Positions 28,663 through 38,548 of a DNA stretch of 64,000 nucleotides are shown piece after piece. A program made the translations under genes and the position numbers. The notes under the pieces are model-generated. The model saw only the letters and a program-made list of their open reading frames with translations. It was not told where the DNA came from and did no database searches. Within the stretch, counting starts at the first letter, position 1, and each line of letters starts with the position of its first letter. The stretch comes from Gammaproteobacteria bacterium (lineage in GTDB: Bacteria; Pseudomonadota; Gammaproteobacteria; JAJPIJ01), in the NCBI GenBank assembly GCA_021324815.1, contig JAJPIJ010000051.1, forward strand, positions 2,188-66,187, written 5' to 3'.

Positions 28663-29880
28663 TTAATTCCCGGCGCTGGTGGACGCGTGCGACGCAGCCG
28701 CCTGGGCGACGAATTCCGTCATGGTGGTCCGTTGGGGGGTGACGGGCGCGCCCGGCCGGGCGCGCTGCAGGCCGTTGACGATGATCCAGTCGCCGGCCTC
28801 GATGCCGGATTTGATCACGCGCAGGCCGTCGATGTCGGCGCCCAGCTGCACGGGGCGGTATTCGACGATGTGCCTGTCGTTCACCACCATCAGATATTGC
28901 TGGCCCTGATCGATGCTGACGGCGCGCTCCGTGACCAGCAGCGCGGGATACTTGCCGCTGCCCGGCACGCGCACCCTGACGAAAAAGCCGGCGCTCAATT
29001 GATCGTCGGCGTTGGCGAAAACGGCGCGGGCGCGCACGGTGCCGGTGTTCGGATCGAGGCGCGGCTCGACGTAATCGATGTAGCCCTGGTGCGGGAAGCC
29101 GTGCTCATCGGCCAGCGCCATCTCGACGGGGATGTGCACGAAGCGGGCGCTTTCACGCTTGCCCTCGCGCGCCAGCCGGCGGTACTTCAGGACCGAGCGC
29201 TCGTCGGCGTCGATGTAGGCGTAGATGGGATCGATGGACACGAGCACCGCCAGCAGCGTGGCCTCGTTGCCGCCGCCATTGATGAGATTGCCGGGGGTGA
29301 CCAGCTCGCGCGAGATGCGGCCGTTGATGGGGGCGCGGATCTCGGTGAACTCCCGATTGAGCCTGGCCAGCTCCAGCGCCGCGCCGTCCGCGCGCACCGC
29401 GGCCTCGGCCTCCTGCAGTTCGCGGCTGCGCACGTCGAGCTGCTCCTCGGGCAGCACGTGGGTGCTGAACAGGCGTCTGGCGCGCTCCAGTTCGCTTTTC
29501 GCCAGCGCCAGCCGGGCGCCGGCCTGCTCCAGCGTGGCCTGCGCCTGTTCCACCTCGGCGCGGTACGGGCGTTGATCGATGACGAACAGCAGATCGCCCT
29601 TCTGCACCTTCCTGCCGGCCTCGAACAGCACCTTGTCCAGGTAGCCGCTGACGCGGGCGCGGATCTCCACCGTTTCCGCCGCGTCCAGGCGGCCGGTGTA
29701 TTCATCCCATTCCACGACCTCCCGCTGCACGGGCTGGGCCACGGTCACGGCCGGTGGCGGCGGCGCGCCGGCCGGCGCCGGTGTGTCCGCCGCGCGGCTG
29801 CATCCGGCCAGCCAGACGCCGGCCAGCAGGCTCAGCAGTCCGTGCACGGAGAAAACAAAACGCCCGGAATTCATCACCAT
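28663..29880 (-). CDS. efflux RND periplasmic adaptor subunit (AcrA/MexA family)
   Basis: Lipoprotein-like N-terminus LAGCS, coiled-coil hairpin. Immediately upstream of the RND permease. Confidence 0.85.
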   Translation of the reverse strand: MVMNSGRFVFSVHGLLSLLAGVWLAGCSRAADTPAPAGAPPPPAVTVAQPVQREVVEWDEYTGRLDAAETVEIRARVSGYLDKVLFEAGRKVQKGDLLFVIDQRPYRAEVEQAQATLEQAGARLALAKSELERARRLFSTHVLPEEQLDVRSRELQEAEAAVRADGAALELARLNREFTEIRAPINGRISRELVTPGNLINGGGNEATLLAVLVSIDPIYAYIDADERSVLKYRRLAREGKRESARFVHIPVEMALADEHGFPHQGYIDYVEPRLDPNTGTVRARAVFANADDQLSAGFFVRVRVPGSGKYPALLVTERAVSIDQGQQYLMVVNDRHIVEYRPVQLGADIDGLRVIKSGIEAGDWIIVNGLQRARPGAPVTPQRTTMTEFVAQAAASHASTSAGN

Positions 29881-29983
29881 ACGGCTCCCGTTGGGATTAA
29901 AAGGACGCGTATTGTACCCGTTCTAATTGTTAAAACTATTGCGGGCATGCCGCGACTGGGCACCCGGCGGCGCAGGCGGGTAT

Positions 29984-31117
29984 TTAGAACTTCATGTCCT
30001 CAAAAAAATTCCTCACGCCATCCAGCCACGAGCTGGTCTTGGGACTGTGCCTGCCGTCCGTGCCCTCCAATGAGCGCCCGAACTGCTGCAACAGCTCCTT
30101 CTGCTGGCGGTTGAGATTGACCGGCGTTTCCACCGTCACCCGGCAGAGCAGATCGCCCACGCCGCTGCCGCGCACGGAACGCACGCCCTTGCCGCGCAGC
30201 CTGAACACGCGCCCGGTCTGCGTCTCCGGAGGGATCTTGAGCATGACACGTCCATCCAGCGTCGGCACGTCCAGCTCGCCGCCCAGCGCCGCCGTCACGA
30301 AACTGATCGGCACCTCGCAGTGCAAATCCTCACGCTCGCGGCGGAAGATCGGATGTTCCTTGACGTGCACGATGACGTAGAGATCTCCGGGCGGGCCGCC
30401 GTGCTCCCCGGCCTCGCCCTCGCCGGTCAGCCGGATGCGATCGCCGTTGTCCACCCCCGCCGGCACCTTGACCGAATGGGTCTTGTGATCGCGCACCCGC
30501 CCGTGACCGTTGCACGCGGGACACGGGTCGCGAATGATCTGTCCCGCCCCCCGGCAGCGGGGGCAGGTCTGTTGTATCGAGAAGAAGCCCTGGCTCATGC
30601 GCACCTGGCCGTGGCCCTGGCAGGTGTCGCAGGTCGTGGGCTGGGTCCCGGCCCGCGCCCCCGTGCCGTGGCACGCGCTGCATTCCTTCTCGGTGGGCGT
30701 GCGAATCTTGACGGTGGTGCCGAACACCGCCTCCTCAAGCGTCAGCTCCAGATCGTACTGGAGATCGGCGCCGCGGGTGACGCGCGGCCCGCGGCGGGCG
30801 CCGCCGGCGCCGAAAATATCCCCGAAGACCGATTCGAAGATGTCGCCGAAACCGCCCATGCCGGCGCCGCCGAAGCCGGCGGTGGCGGAGGGATCGACGC
30901 CGGCGTGACCGAATTGGTCATAGGCGGCGCGCTTGCGCGCGTCGCTCAAGACCTCGAAGGCCTCCTTGACCTCCTTGAATTTCTCCTCGGCCTGCTTGTT
31001 TCCCGGGTTGCGATCCGGGTGGAGTTTCATCGCCAGCCGGCGATAGGCCTTCTTGATGTCCTCCTCCGAGGCGTTGCGCGCCACGCCCAGCAGTTCGTAG
31101 TAGTCCTTTTTCGCCAT
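29984..31117 (-). CDS. dnaJ: molecular chaperone DnaJ
   Basis: J-domain HPD (KLHPDRNPG), G/F-rich region, four CxxCxGxG zinc-finger repeats. Confidence 0.95.
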   Translation of the reverse strand: MAKKDYYELLGVARNASEEDIKKAYRRLAMKLHPDRNPGNKQAEEKFKEVKEAFEVLSDARKRAAYDQFGHAGVDPSATAGFGGAGMGGFGDIFESVFGDIFGAGGARRGPRVTRGADLQYDLELTLEEAVFGTTVKIRTPTEKECSACHGTGARAGTQPTTCDTCQGHGQVRMSQGFFSIQQTCPRCRGAGQIIRDPCPACNGHGRVRDHKTHSVKVPAGVDNGDRIRLTGEGEAGEHGGPPGDLYVIVHVKEHPIFRREREDLHCEVPISFVTAALGGELDVPTLDGRVMLKIPPETQTGRVFRLRGKGVRSVRGSGVGDLLCRVTVETPVNLNRQQKELLQQFGRSLEGTDGRHSPKTSSWLDGVRNFFEDMKF

Positions 31118-31209
31118 ATCTCAATTCAGCATGGGTCACGACAAAAAACGACGAAGGGGCGAGAAGTCGCCGCTTCCCACCCCTCGCGCCACGCACTGCA
31201 ACTCTGCTC

Positions 31210-33147
31210 TTACGGCTTCTTGTCGTCCTTGACCTCTTCGAAGTCGGCATCGACGACGTTGCCCTCCCTGGCCTTGGCGGCGCCCTCGCCGCCCGGCGCC
31301 GGGCCGCCGGCGGTGGCGGATTCCGCCGCCTGCTTGTAGGCGCGCTCGGCAATCCTGCCCGACAGCTCCATCAGCCGTTGCGACTTCGCCTCGATGGCCG
31401 CCTTGTCGTCACCGTCCATGACCTTCTTCAATTCCTCGATGGCCGCCTCGATGTCCTTCCTCTCGCCCTCCGCGACCTTGCCGCCGAGCTCCTTCAGCGA
31501 CTTCTGCGCCGCGTGGATCAGATTATCGGCGTGATTGCGGGCGTTGACCAGTTCGTGGAACTTCTTGTCCTCGGCCGCATGCGCCTCGGCGTCCTTGACC
31601 ATGCGCTTGATCTCGTCCTCCGAGAGGCCCGAGGAGGCCTTGATGACGATGGACTGCTGCTTGCCGGTGGCCTTGTCCTTCGCCGACACGTTGAGGATGC
31701 CGTTGGCGTCGATGTCGAAGGTGACCTCGATCTGCGGCATGCCGCGCGGCGCCGGCGGAATGTCCGTGAGATCGAAGCGGCCCAGCGACTTGTTGGCCGC
31801 GGCGCGCTCGCGCTCGCCCTGCAGCACGTGCACCGTCACCGCCGTCTGGCCGTCCTCGGCGGTGGAGAATATCTGCTGCGCCTTGGTCGGGATGGTGGTG
31901 TTCTTCTCGATGAGCTTGGTCATCACGCCGCCCAGCGTCTCGATGCCGAGCGACAGCGGCGTGACGTCGAGCAGCAGCACGTCCTTGACGTCGCCGCCCA
32001 GCACGCCGCCCTGGATCGCCGCGCCGACCGCCACCGCCTCGTCGGGGTTGACGTCCTTGCGCGGCTCCCTGCCGAACAGGTTCCTGACGACCTCCTGCAC
32101 CTTGGGCATGCGCGTCTGGCCGCCGACCAGGATCACCTCGCCGATGTCGGAGGGCGCCACCCCCGCGTCCTTCATCGCGATCTTGCACGGCTCGATGGTC
32201 TTGTTGATCAGGTCCTCGACCAGCGACTCAAGCTTGGCCCGCGTCATCTTGACGTTGAGGTGCTTGGGGCCGCTGGCGTCGGCGGTGATGTACGGCAGGT
32301 TGACGTCGGTCTGCTGGCTCGAGGACAGCTCGATCTTGGCCTTCTCCGCCGCCTCCTTCAGGCGCTGGAGGGCCAGCGGATCGTTGTGCAGATCGAAGCC
32401 GTATTCCTTCTTGAACTCGTCGCACAGGTAGTCGATGACGCGCAAATCGAAGTCCTCGCCGCCGAGAAATGTGTCGCCGTTGGTGGACAGCACCTCGAAC
32501 TGCTTCTCGCCGTCCACGTCGGCGATTTCAATGATCGAGATGTCGAACGTGCCGCCGCCCAGGTCATAGACCGCGATCTTGCGTTCACCCTTGCCGGCCT
32601 TGTCGAGGCCGAAGGCGAGCGCGGCCGCCGTCGGCTCGTTGATGATGCGCTTGACCTCGAGCCCGGCGATGCGACCGGCGTCCTTGGTCGCCTGCCGCTG
32701 GGAATCGTTGAAATAGGCCGGCACCGTGATGACGGCGTCGGTCACGGGATGGCCGAGATAATCCTCGGCGGTCTTTTTCATCTTCATGAGCACGCGCGCG
32801 GAAATCTCCGGCGGCGCCATTTTCCTGCCGTTGACCTCCACCCAGGCGTCGCCGTTGTCGGCGGGGACGATCTTGTAGGGCACCATGCCGATGTCCTTCT
32901 GCACCATGTCCTCGCTGTACTTGCGGCCAATCAGGCGCTTGACGGCAAACAGGGTGTTCTTGGGATTGGTGACCGCCTGGCGCTTGGCCGACTGCCCCAC
33001 CAGCACCTCGCCGTCGTTGGTGAAGGCGACGATGCTGGGGGTGGTGCGCATGCCCTCGCTGTTCTCAATGACCTTGGGCTTGCCGCCTTCGAGGATGGCG
33101 ACGCAGGAATTGGTCGTGCCTAAATCAATGCCGATAATCTTGGACAT
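31210..33147 (-). CDS. dnaK: molecular chaperone DnaK (Hsp70)
   Basis: [18 protein letters not shown]-terminus, canonical Hsp70 signatures, 645 aa. Confidence 0.97.
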   Translation of the reverse strand: MSKIIGIDLGTTNSCVAILEGGKPKVIENSEGMRTTPSIVAFTNDGEVLVGQSAKRQAVTNPKNTLFAVKRLIGRKYSEDMVQKDIGMVPYKIVPADNGDAWVEVNGRKMAPPEISARVLMKMKKTAEDYLGHPVTDAVITVPAYFNDSQRQATKDAGRIAGLEVKRIINEPTAAALAFGLDKAGKGERKIAVYDLGGGTFDISIIEIADVDGEKQFEVLSTNGDTFLGGEDFDLRVIDYLCDEFKKEYGFDLHNDPLALQRLKEAAEKAKIELSSSQQTDVNLPYITADASGPKHLNVKMTRAKLESLVEDLINKTIEPCKIAMKDAGVAPSDIGEVILVGGQTRMPKVQEVVRNLFGREPRKDVNPDEAVAVGAAIQGGVLGGDVKDVLLLDVTPLSLGIETLGGVMTKLIEKNTTIPTKAQQIFSTAEDGQTAVTVHVLQGERERAAANKSLGRFDLTDIPPAPRGMPQIEVTFDIDANGILNVSAKDKATGKQQSIVIKASSGLSEDEIKRMVKDAEAHAAEDKKFHELVNARNHADNLIHAAQKSLKELGGKVAEGERKDIEAAIEELKKVMDGDDKAAIEAKSQRLMELSGRIAERAYKQAAESATAGGPAPGGEGAAKAREGNVVDADFEEVKDDKKP

Positions 33148-33184
33148 GCCGTGTTCTCCATCATCAAGCCGGGGTTGCCGGTAA

Positions 33185-33212
33185 ACATGGGGGCAATCGT
33201 GTATTTTTCAAG
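33185..33212 (-). promoter_or_regulatory. sigma32 (RpoH) heat-shock promoter upstream of dnaK
   Basis: Minus strand: CTTGAAA-N13-CCCCATGT, about 38 nt before the dnaK ATG. GGAGAA SD follows. Confidence 0.55.
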
Positions 33213-33240
33213 CCGTGGCCGGCCTTCGGGTGGTTTTGCA

Positions 33241-33849
33241 TCACCCGGCCTCCGCCCTGGCGCGGGCCACGATCACCATCGCCGGCCGCAGCAGCCGGCC
33301 GTTCAGCGTATAGCCCTTCTGCACCACGGTGAGCACGGTGCCGGGTTCGGCGCTGGATTCCTGCATGCTGATGGCCTGGTGCAGTTCGGGGTTGAACTTC
33401 TCGCCCAGTGGGCAAACTTCGGCGACATTGAGCTTCTCCAGCGCGGTGTTGAACAGCTTCAGCGTCAATTCCATGCCCGCGCGCAGGCCGGCAGGCTCGT
33501 CAGACGCCGGCGCCGTCGCCAGGCCCAGCTCCATGCTGTCCTTGACCGGCAGCATTTCCAGGATCAGGCGCTCCTGCCCGTATTTATGGGCATTCTCGAC
33601 GTCCCGCTCGGTGCGTTTGCGCAGGTTGTCCATCTCCGCCCGCAGCCGCAGCACGTCGTTTTGGTAGCCGGCCGCCTTGGACCGCCATTCCTCAACCTCG
33701 CGGGCCAGGGCCTCGCTGTCCGGCCCTTCCTCCACCGCGGCCGGGGGATCCGCCGCAGGGCGCGCCTCTTCCGCGCCCCCGGGCCGGGCTTCATGCGCCG
33801 CGGCCGCGCCGGCGGCGATCTCGGTCAACTGCTTCTTGTCCTTAACCAC
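33241..33849 (-). CDS. grpE: nucleotide exchange factor GrpE
   Basis: Coiled-coil N-terminus and GrpE core. Apparent GTG start with GGAG SD. Confidence 0.9.
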   Translation of the reverse strand: MVKDKKQLTEIAAGAAAAHEARPGGAEEARPAADPPAAVEEGPDSEALAREVEEWRSKAAGYQNDVLRLRAEMDNLRKRTERDVENAHKYGQERLILEMLPVKDSMELGLATAPASDEPAGLRAGMELTLKLFNTALEKLNVAEVCPLGEKFNPELHQAISMQESSAEPGTVLTVVQKGYTLNGRLLRPAMVIVARARAEAG

Positions 33850-33909
33850 GATGACTCCAGAGCAATCAAAAAGTTAATGTGAACCCGCGGATGACGCACA
33901 GAGCGGGAA

Positions 33910-33938
33910 ATATGGGGGCCGCAGGCTTGAAATTCAAG
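33910..33938 (-). promoter_or_regulatory. sigma32 (RpoH) heat-shock promoter upstream of grpE
   Basis: Minus strand: CTTGAAT-N14-CCCCATAT. The -35 lies within the palindrome ggcttgaaattcaagcc. The GCCACGGCTTGAA context is shared with the dnaK promoter. Confidence 0.6.
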
Positions 33939-33952
33939 CCGTGGCGCATGCT

Positions 33953-35025
33953 TTACGTCAGCGTTTTAAGCGCCGCGCCAAGAACCTTGGCGGTCAAGTC
34001 CACCAGCGGCACCACCCGCTCGTAGGGCATGCGGGTGGGCCCGATCACGCCCAGCACGCCGATGACCTTGTCCTCGCTGCCGTAGGGCGCGGTCACCACG
34101 CTGTAATCGTTTAGCACCTCGTAGCCGGATTCCTCGCCGATGAAGATCTGCACCCCATGGGCGTTCACGGCCTGGTCAAGCAGGTGCAGGATGTCGCGCT
34201 TCTGGTTGAAGGCCTCGAAGATCTGCCGCAGTTTTTCGATGTTCGACAGGTCATTGATCGCCATCAGGTTGGTCTGTCCGCTGACCACGTATTCGTCGCC
34301 GGATTTTTCCGCCACCAGGGCCTTTTCCGCCATCTCGATGGCGGCCTGCATGTGCCGGTCCAGTTCGGCGCGATTGCGCGCCATCTCCCGCAACAAACCC
34401 TCGCGCACCTGCATGAGGTCCCGTCCGGCAAAGGCCTGGTTGAGGTAATTCGCCGCCTGCTCCAGCTCGGAGGCGCTGTAGGCGCGGGCGGTGTGGATGA
34501 TGCGGTTCTGCACCTCCTGCTCGTTCACGATCAGGATGGCCAGCACGCGGTTGTCCGACAACGGCAGGAACTCCACCTGCCGCAGCGCCCGCTGCTCCAC
34601 CCGCGGGATCATCACCACGCTGGCGAGCTTGGTGATCTCCGACAGCATGTCGGAGGTCTTGTGCAGCAATTTTTGCACGTCCGCCTCGTGCTGCAAATCG
34701 CCGTGGATGCGCTCCACCACCTCCGCCGACGGGACGCGCATGGTCATCACGCTGTCGACGAACAACCGGTAGCCGAGCACCGTCGGCACGCGGCCTGCGG
34801 AGGTGTGCGGCGCGTGAATCAACCCCATGTCCTCGAGGTCGGCCATGACGTTGCGGATGGTCGCCGGGCTCAAGGTCAGATTCGCCTCGCGCGCGAGCGT
34901 GCGCGACCCCACCGGCTGGCCCTCGGCGATATAGCGCTCGACGAGCAGCCTGAACAGGTGCAGGGCCCGCTCCGAGAGCGCGCCGGGCGCGGGGGGACGG
35001 TGAATGGGACTTCCTGACATATACA
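33953..35025 (-). CDS. hrcA: heat-inducible transcriptional repressor HrcA
   Basis: LVERYIAEGQPVGSRTL winged-helix motif. Start chosen at MYMSGS. The upstream extension to 35128 would swallow the CIRCE element. Confidence 0.85.
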
Positions 35026-35033
35026 TTTTTGAA

Positions 35034-35060
35034 TTTAGCACTCCGCCCCGGCGAGTGCAA
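35034..35060. promoter_or_regulatory. CIRCE operator (TTAGCACTC-N9-GAGTGCAAA)
   Basis: Matches TTAGCACTC-N9-GAGTGCTAA with one mismatch. Lies 9 nt upstream of the hrcA start, in the hrcA/nadK divergent intergenic region. Confidence 0.8.
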
Positions 35061-35142
35061 AAACCAGCCGGACGCGCCCGTGCTTTGAGATGAATACCGG
35101 GAAATGCTAAGGTGAAATCGGCGCCCACCGCGTTCCCCCGTC

Positions 35143-36000
35143 ATGTTCAAACGCATCGGACTGTACGCCAAGCCGGACGATCCGCTCATCCTGCCCGCGC
35201 TGCAGGCGGTGATGGCCTGCCTCAAGCGGCGGCGGCTGGAAACCGTGCTGGACGAGACCAGCGCCGGCCTTCTCGGCGGCGCCGCCGGCCGCCTGGCGGG
35301 CGGGGATTGCGATCTGGTGATCGTCGTCGGCGGCGACGGCACGCTGCTCGGCGCCGCCCGCGCCCTCTATCAGGACGACGCCCGCCTGCTCGGCGTCAAC
35401 CTGGGCCGCCTGGGGTTCCTGGCCGATCTCACCCCCGACGGCCTGCCCCAGCAACTGGACGCGATCCTCGACGGCTCCTACGTGGAAGAACAGCGCCACC
35501 TGCTGCGCTGCGAAGTGATTCGCGGCGGACGGGGGATCGCCGAGAGCCACGCCATGAACGACGTCGTGATCCAGAAATGGAACACCGCCCGGTTGATCAC
35601 GCTGGGCACGACCATCGACGGGCGCCTGCTGCACAATCAGCGCTCGGACGGGATGATCATCGCCACCCCCACCGGCTCCACGGCCTACGCCGTGTCCGGC
35701 GGCGGTCCGATCCTGCATCCCGGCCTGCCGGCCTGGGTGATCGTGCCCATCTGCCCACACACCCTGACCCAGCGCCCCATCGTGGTGGCCGACAGCAGCC
35801 GGATCGAGGTCACCATCCACACCCGCAGCCTGGGCGACGCCCATCTCAACTGCGACGGCGAGGACTTGTGCGCCCTGCAACCCGGCGACCGGGTGGTCAT
35901 CACCAAGCACAGCCGCAGCATCAGACTCATTCATCCCGCCGGCCATGATCATTACGCGACGCTCAGGGCCAAGCTGCACTGGGGCACCGACCCGTGTTAG
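35143..36000 (+). CDS. nadK: NAD+ kinase
   Basis: GGDGT motif (VVGGDGTLL) and NAD kinase fold signature. Confidence 0.9.
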   Translation: MFKRIGLYAKPDDPLILPALQAVMACLKRRRLETVLDETSAGLLGGAAGRLAGGDCDLVIVVGGDGTLLGAARALYQDDARLLGVNLGRLGFLADLTPDGLPQQLDAILDGSYVEEQRHLLRCEVIRGGRGIAESHAMNDVVIQKWNTARLITLGTTIDGRLLHNQRSDGMIIATPTGSTAYAVSGGGPILHPGLPAWVIVPICPHTLTQRPIVVADSSRIEVTIHTRSLGDAHLNCDGEDLCALQPGDRVVITKHSRSIRLIHPAGHDHYATLRAKLHWGTDPC

Positions 36001-36042
36001 AAAAGCCGCGGCACCTCCACGTTTCCCCGGCCCTGTAAAGCC

Positions 36043-37710
36043 ATGCTGCGTTACCTGTCGATAAAAAATTTCGCGTTGATCGCGGAAGTGGAGATGGAAT
36101 TCGGTCCCGGCATGACCGTGTTCACCGGCGAGACCGGCGCCGGCAAGTCCATCCTGGTGGAGGCGCTGGGCCTGGCGCTCGGCGATCGGGCGGACAGCAC
36201 GCTGGTGCGCACCGGCGCCGAGCAGGCCAGCGTCAACGCCGTGTTCACGCCGCCGGCCGGCGGGGAATTCCGGGCGTGGCTCACGGAACAGGGCGTGGAG
36301 GCGGTGGATGACGAGATCATCCTCAAGCGCCAGTTCGGCGTTGACGGCCGCTCGCGCGCCTTCATCAACGGCGGCCCCGTGTCCCTGCAAACGCTGCGCG
36401 CGGTGGGCGAGCGGCTGGCCGATATTCACGGCCAGAACGAGCACCATGCCCTGTTGCGCCGCGAGGTGCAGCGCGATTTGCTCGACGATTACGCCGGCCA
36501 CCCGGAACTCATGGAGCGCGTGGCGGCGGCCTGCCGCCGGGTGCGCGAGACGGAGCGGGCGCTCAAGGAAATCGACGCGCTCACCACCGGCGAGCGCGAA
36601 CTGGAGCTGCTGCGCTACCAATTTGATGAATTGCGCAATCTCAAGCTGACGCCCGAGGAAATCCTGCGCGTGGAGAGCGAGCACAAGCGACTGGCGCACG
36701 CCGGGCGGCTGATGGAGGGCGTCCGGCAGGCGCTCTCGGCCCTGAACGAGGAGGATGCCTGCGCCGAGGTGGCCCTGGAGCGCACCCGCATCGAGCTGCA
36801 GGCGCTCGCCAGACTCGATCCCGCCATCGACGAAGTCGCCGCCCTGCTGGATCAGGCCCTGATCCCGCTGCGCGAGGCCGGCCACTGGCTGCGCCGGTAC
36901 CTCGAGCGCCTCGACGCCGATCCCGACACCGTGCGGCAGCTCGACGACACGCTGGGCCGGCTGCACGACCTGGCGCGCAAGCACCGCGTGCGCATGGAGG
37001 AACTGCCGGCGCAGATGGCGCAGATCGAGCAGCGCCTGCAACTGCTGGAGCACCACACCGAGCACCGGGAAAAGCTGAGCCGCGAGCTCGACGCGGCCCG
37101 CAAGGATTACCAGGACGCCGCGCTGGCGTTGCACGAGAGCCGCGCCAGGGCCGCCAGGAAGCTCGCCAGGGCCGTGGCCGACGGCCTGCAGGATCTCGGC
37201 ATGCCCGGCGGGCGCTTCGCCGTCGACGTCACGCCGGAGGAGGAGACGGTGAGCCCGCAGGGCGGCGATCGCGTGGAATTCATGGTCAGCGCCAATCCCG
37301 GCCAGCCGTTGAAGCCCATGACCAGGGTCGCCTCCGGCGGCGAACTGTCGCGCATCAGCCTCGCCGTGCAGGTCATCTGCGCGCGGCACCAGACCGCGCC
37401 GACGCTCGTGTTCGACGAGGTGGACGTCGGCATCGGCGGCGGCGTGGCCGAGATCGTCGGCCGCCTGCTGCGCCGTCTGGCCGGGCGCGGCCAGGTGCTC
37501 TGCGTCACGCACCTGCCGCAGGTGGCGGCGCAGGCGCATCAGCACCTGCAAATCCAGAAGCGCATCGCCAAAAACGACACCCGCGTGGAAATCAGGCCGC
37601 TCAAGAAGGATGAGCGCGTGCAGGAAATCGCGCGCATGCTGGGCGGCATGACCATCACGCCGCAGACCGTCGAGCACGCCAGGACCATGCTCGAACTGGC
37701 CGCCGCCTGA
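36043..37710 (+). CDS. recN: DNA repair protein RecN
   Basis: N-terminal Walker A GETGAGKS, long coiled-coil, C-terminal signature. 555 aa. Confidence 0.92.
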   Translation: MLRYLSIKNFALIAEVEMEFGPGMTVFTGETGAGKSILVEALGLALGDRADSTLVRTGAEQASVNAVFTPPAGGEFRAWLTEQGVEAVDDEIILKRQFGVDGRSRAFINGGPVSLQTLRAVGERLADIHGQNEHHALLRREVQRDLLDDYAGHPELMERVAAACRRVRETERALKEIDALTTGERELELLRYQFDELRNLKLTPEEILRVESEHKRLAHAGRLMEGVRQALSALNEEDACAEVALERTRIELQALARLDPAIDEVAALLDQALIPLREAGHWLRRYLERLDADPDTVRQLDDTLGRLHDLARKHRVRMEELPAQMAQIEQRLQLLEHHTEHREKLSRELDAARKDYQDAALALHESRARAARKLARAVADGLQDLGMPGGRFAVDVTPEEETVSPQGGDRVEFMVSANPGQPLKPMTRVASGGELSRISLAVQVICARHQTAPTLVFDEVDVGIGGGVAEIVGRLLRRLAGRGQVLCVTHLPQVAAQAHQHLQIQKRIAKNDTRVEIRPLKKDERVQEIARMLGGMTITPQTVEHARTMLELAAA

Positions 37711-37775
37711 TCCGCGTTCATATCTCACCGGGATTTGCATAGTTAATCAGCGTGCGGCCCGGCCTCGTGCATCGC

Positions 37776-37822
37776 AAATCCCCCCTTCGCCCCCCTTTGA
37801 AAAAGGGGGGGTGGGGGGATTT
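37776..37822 (+). terminator. long GC-rich imperfect palindrome (putative recN terminator or REP-like element)
   Basis: aaatccccccttcgccccccttt-gaaaa-agggggggtggggggattt, about 65 nt after the recN stop. Confidence 0.35.
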
Positions 37823-37876
37823 GATGTCACCAGCCACCGAGGCGCGTCACCTTCACCGATTTCGCGTGCATCAGTA

Positions 37877-38392
37877 ATGGGACGCTGGCGGCCGCCCCCA
37901 CCCCAATCCTCCCCCTACATCACCGCGGCGGGTTTTCAGGCCCTGCAGGCGGAACTCAAAGGCTTGTGGGAGCGCCGCGCCGGCGTCACGAAGCATCTGG
38001 CGGCGGCGGCGGCCGAGGGCGACCGCTCGGAGAATGCCGAGTACATCTATCGCAAAAAGGAGTTGCGCGAAATCGACCGGCGCATCCGCTACCTGCAAAA
38101 ACGCCTGCCGGCGCTCAAGGTCATCGCCCAGGCGCCGGCGGACGTGGAGCGCGTGTATTTCGGCGCCTGGGTCATCCTCGAGGCGGAGGACGGCTCGACA
38201 CAGGTTCACCGCATCGTCGGGGCCGATGAGACCGGCGGTGAAAGGAACCATCTGAGCGTGGATTCCCCGCTGGCCCGGCAACTGCTGAAGAAAACGCCAG
38301 GGGAGGAAGTGGTGGTCAAGACCGGGCACACCAGCCGTCGCTACCGGCTTCTTGAGGTCACCTACGAACCGCCGCCCCACGGCCGCCGATAG
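37877..38392 (+). CDS. greB: transcription elongation factor GreB
   Basis: GDRSENAEY acidic finger motif, FGAWV, SPLARQLLKK. Aligns to E. coli GreB by eye. Confidence 0.8.
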   Translation: MGRWRPPPPQSSPYITAAGFQALQAELKGLWERRAGVTKHLAAAAAEGDRSENAEYIYRKKELREIDRRIRYLQKRLPALKVIAQAPADVERVYFGAWVILEAEDGSTQVHRIVGADETGGERNHLSVDSPLARQLLKKTPGEEVVVKTGHTSRRYRLLEVTYEPPPHGRR

Positions 38393-38548
38393 CCCGGCCC
38401 CCGCGCGGTTGTGCAGCGCGGATCATCCGCAGGCGGAAACCGCGGGTTAGGGCTGTGTTCATATATCGTCTATACTGATGGTCCTGGAGACATCTCCGAC
38501 CTGTAATCAATACAACGACGATAAAAGCAAGCCACAAGCCGCTTCACA

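Noticed and set aside
36001-36042. Possible LexA/SOS box upstream of recN (CTGT-N8-ACAG)
   Set aside because: Only CTGTaaagccatGCTG found. It does not match the CTGT-N8-ACAG palindrome, and nadK-recN may share an upstream promoter.
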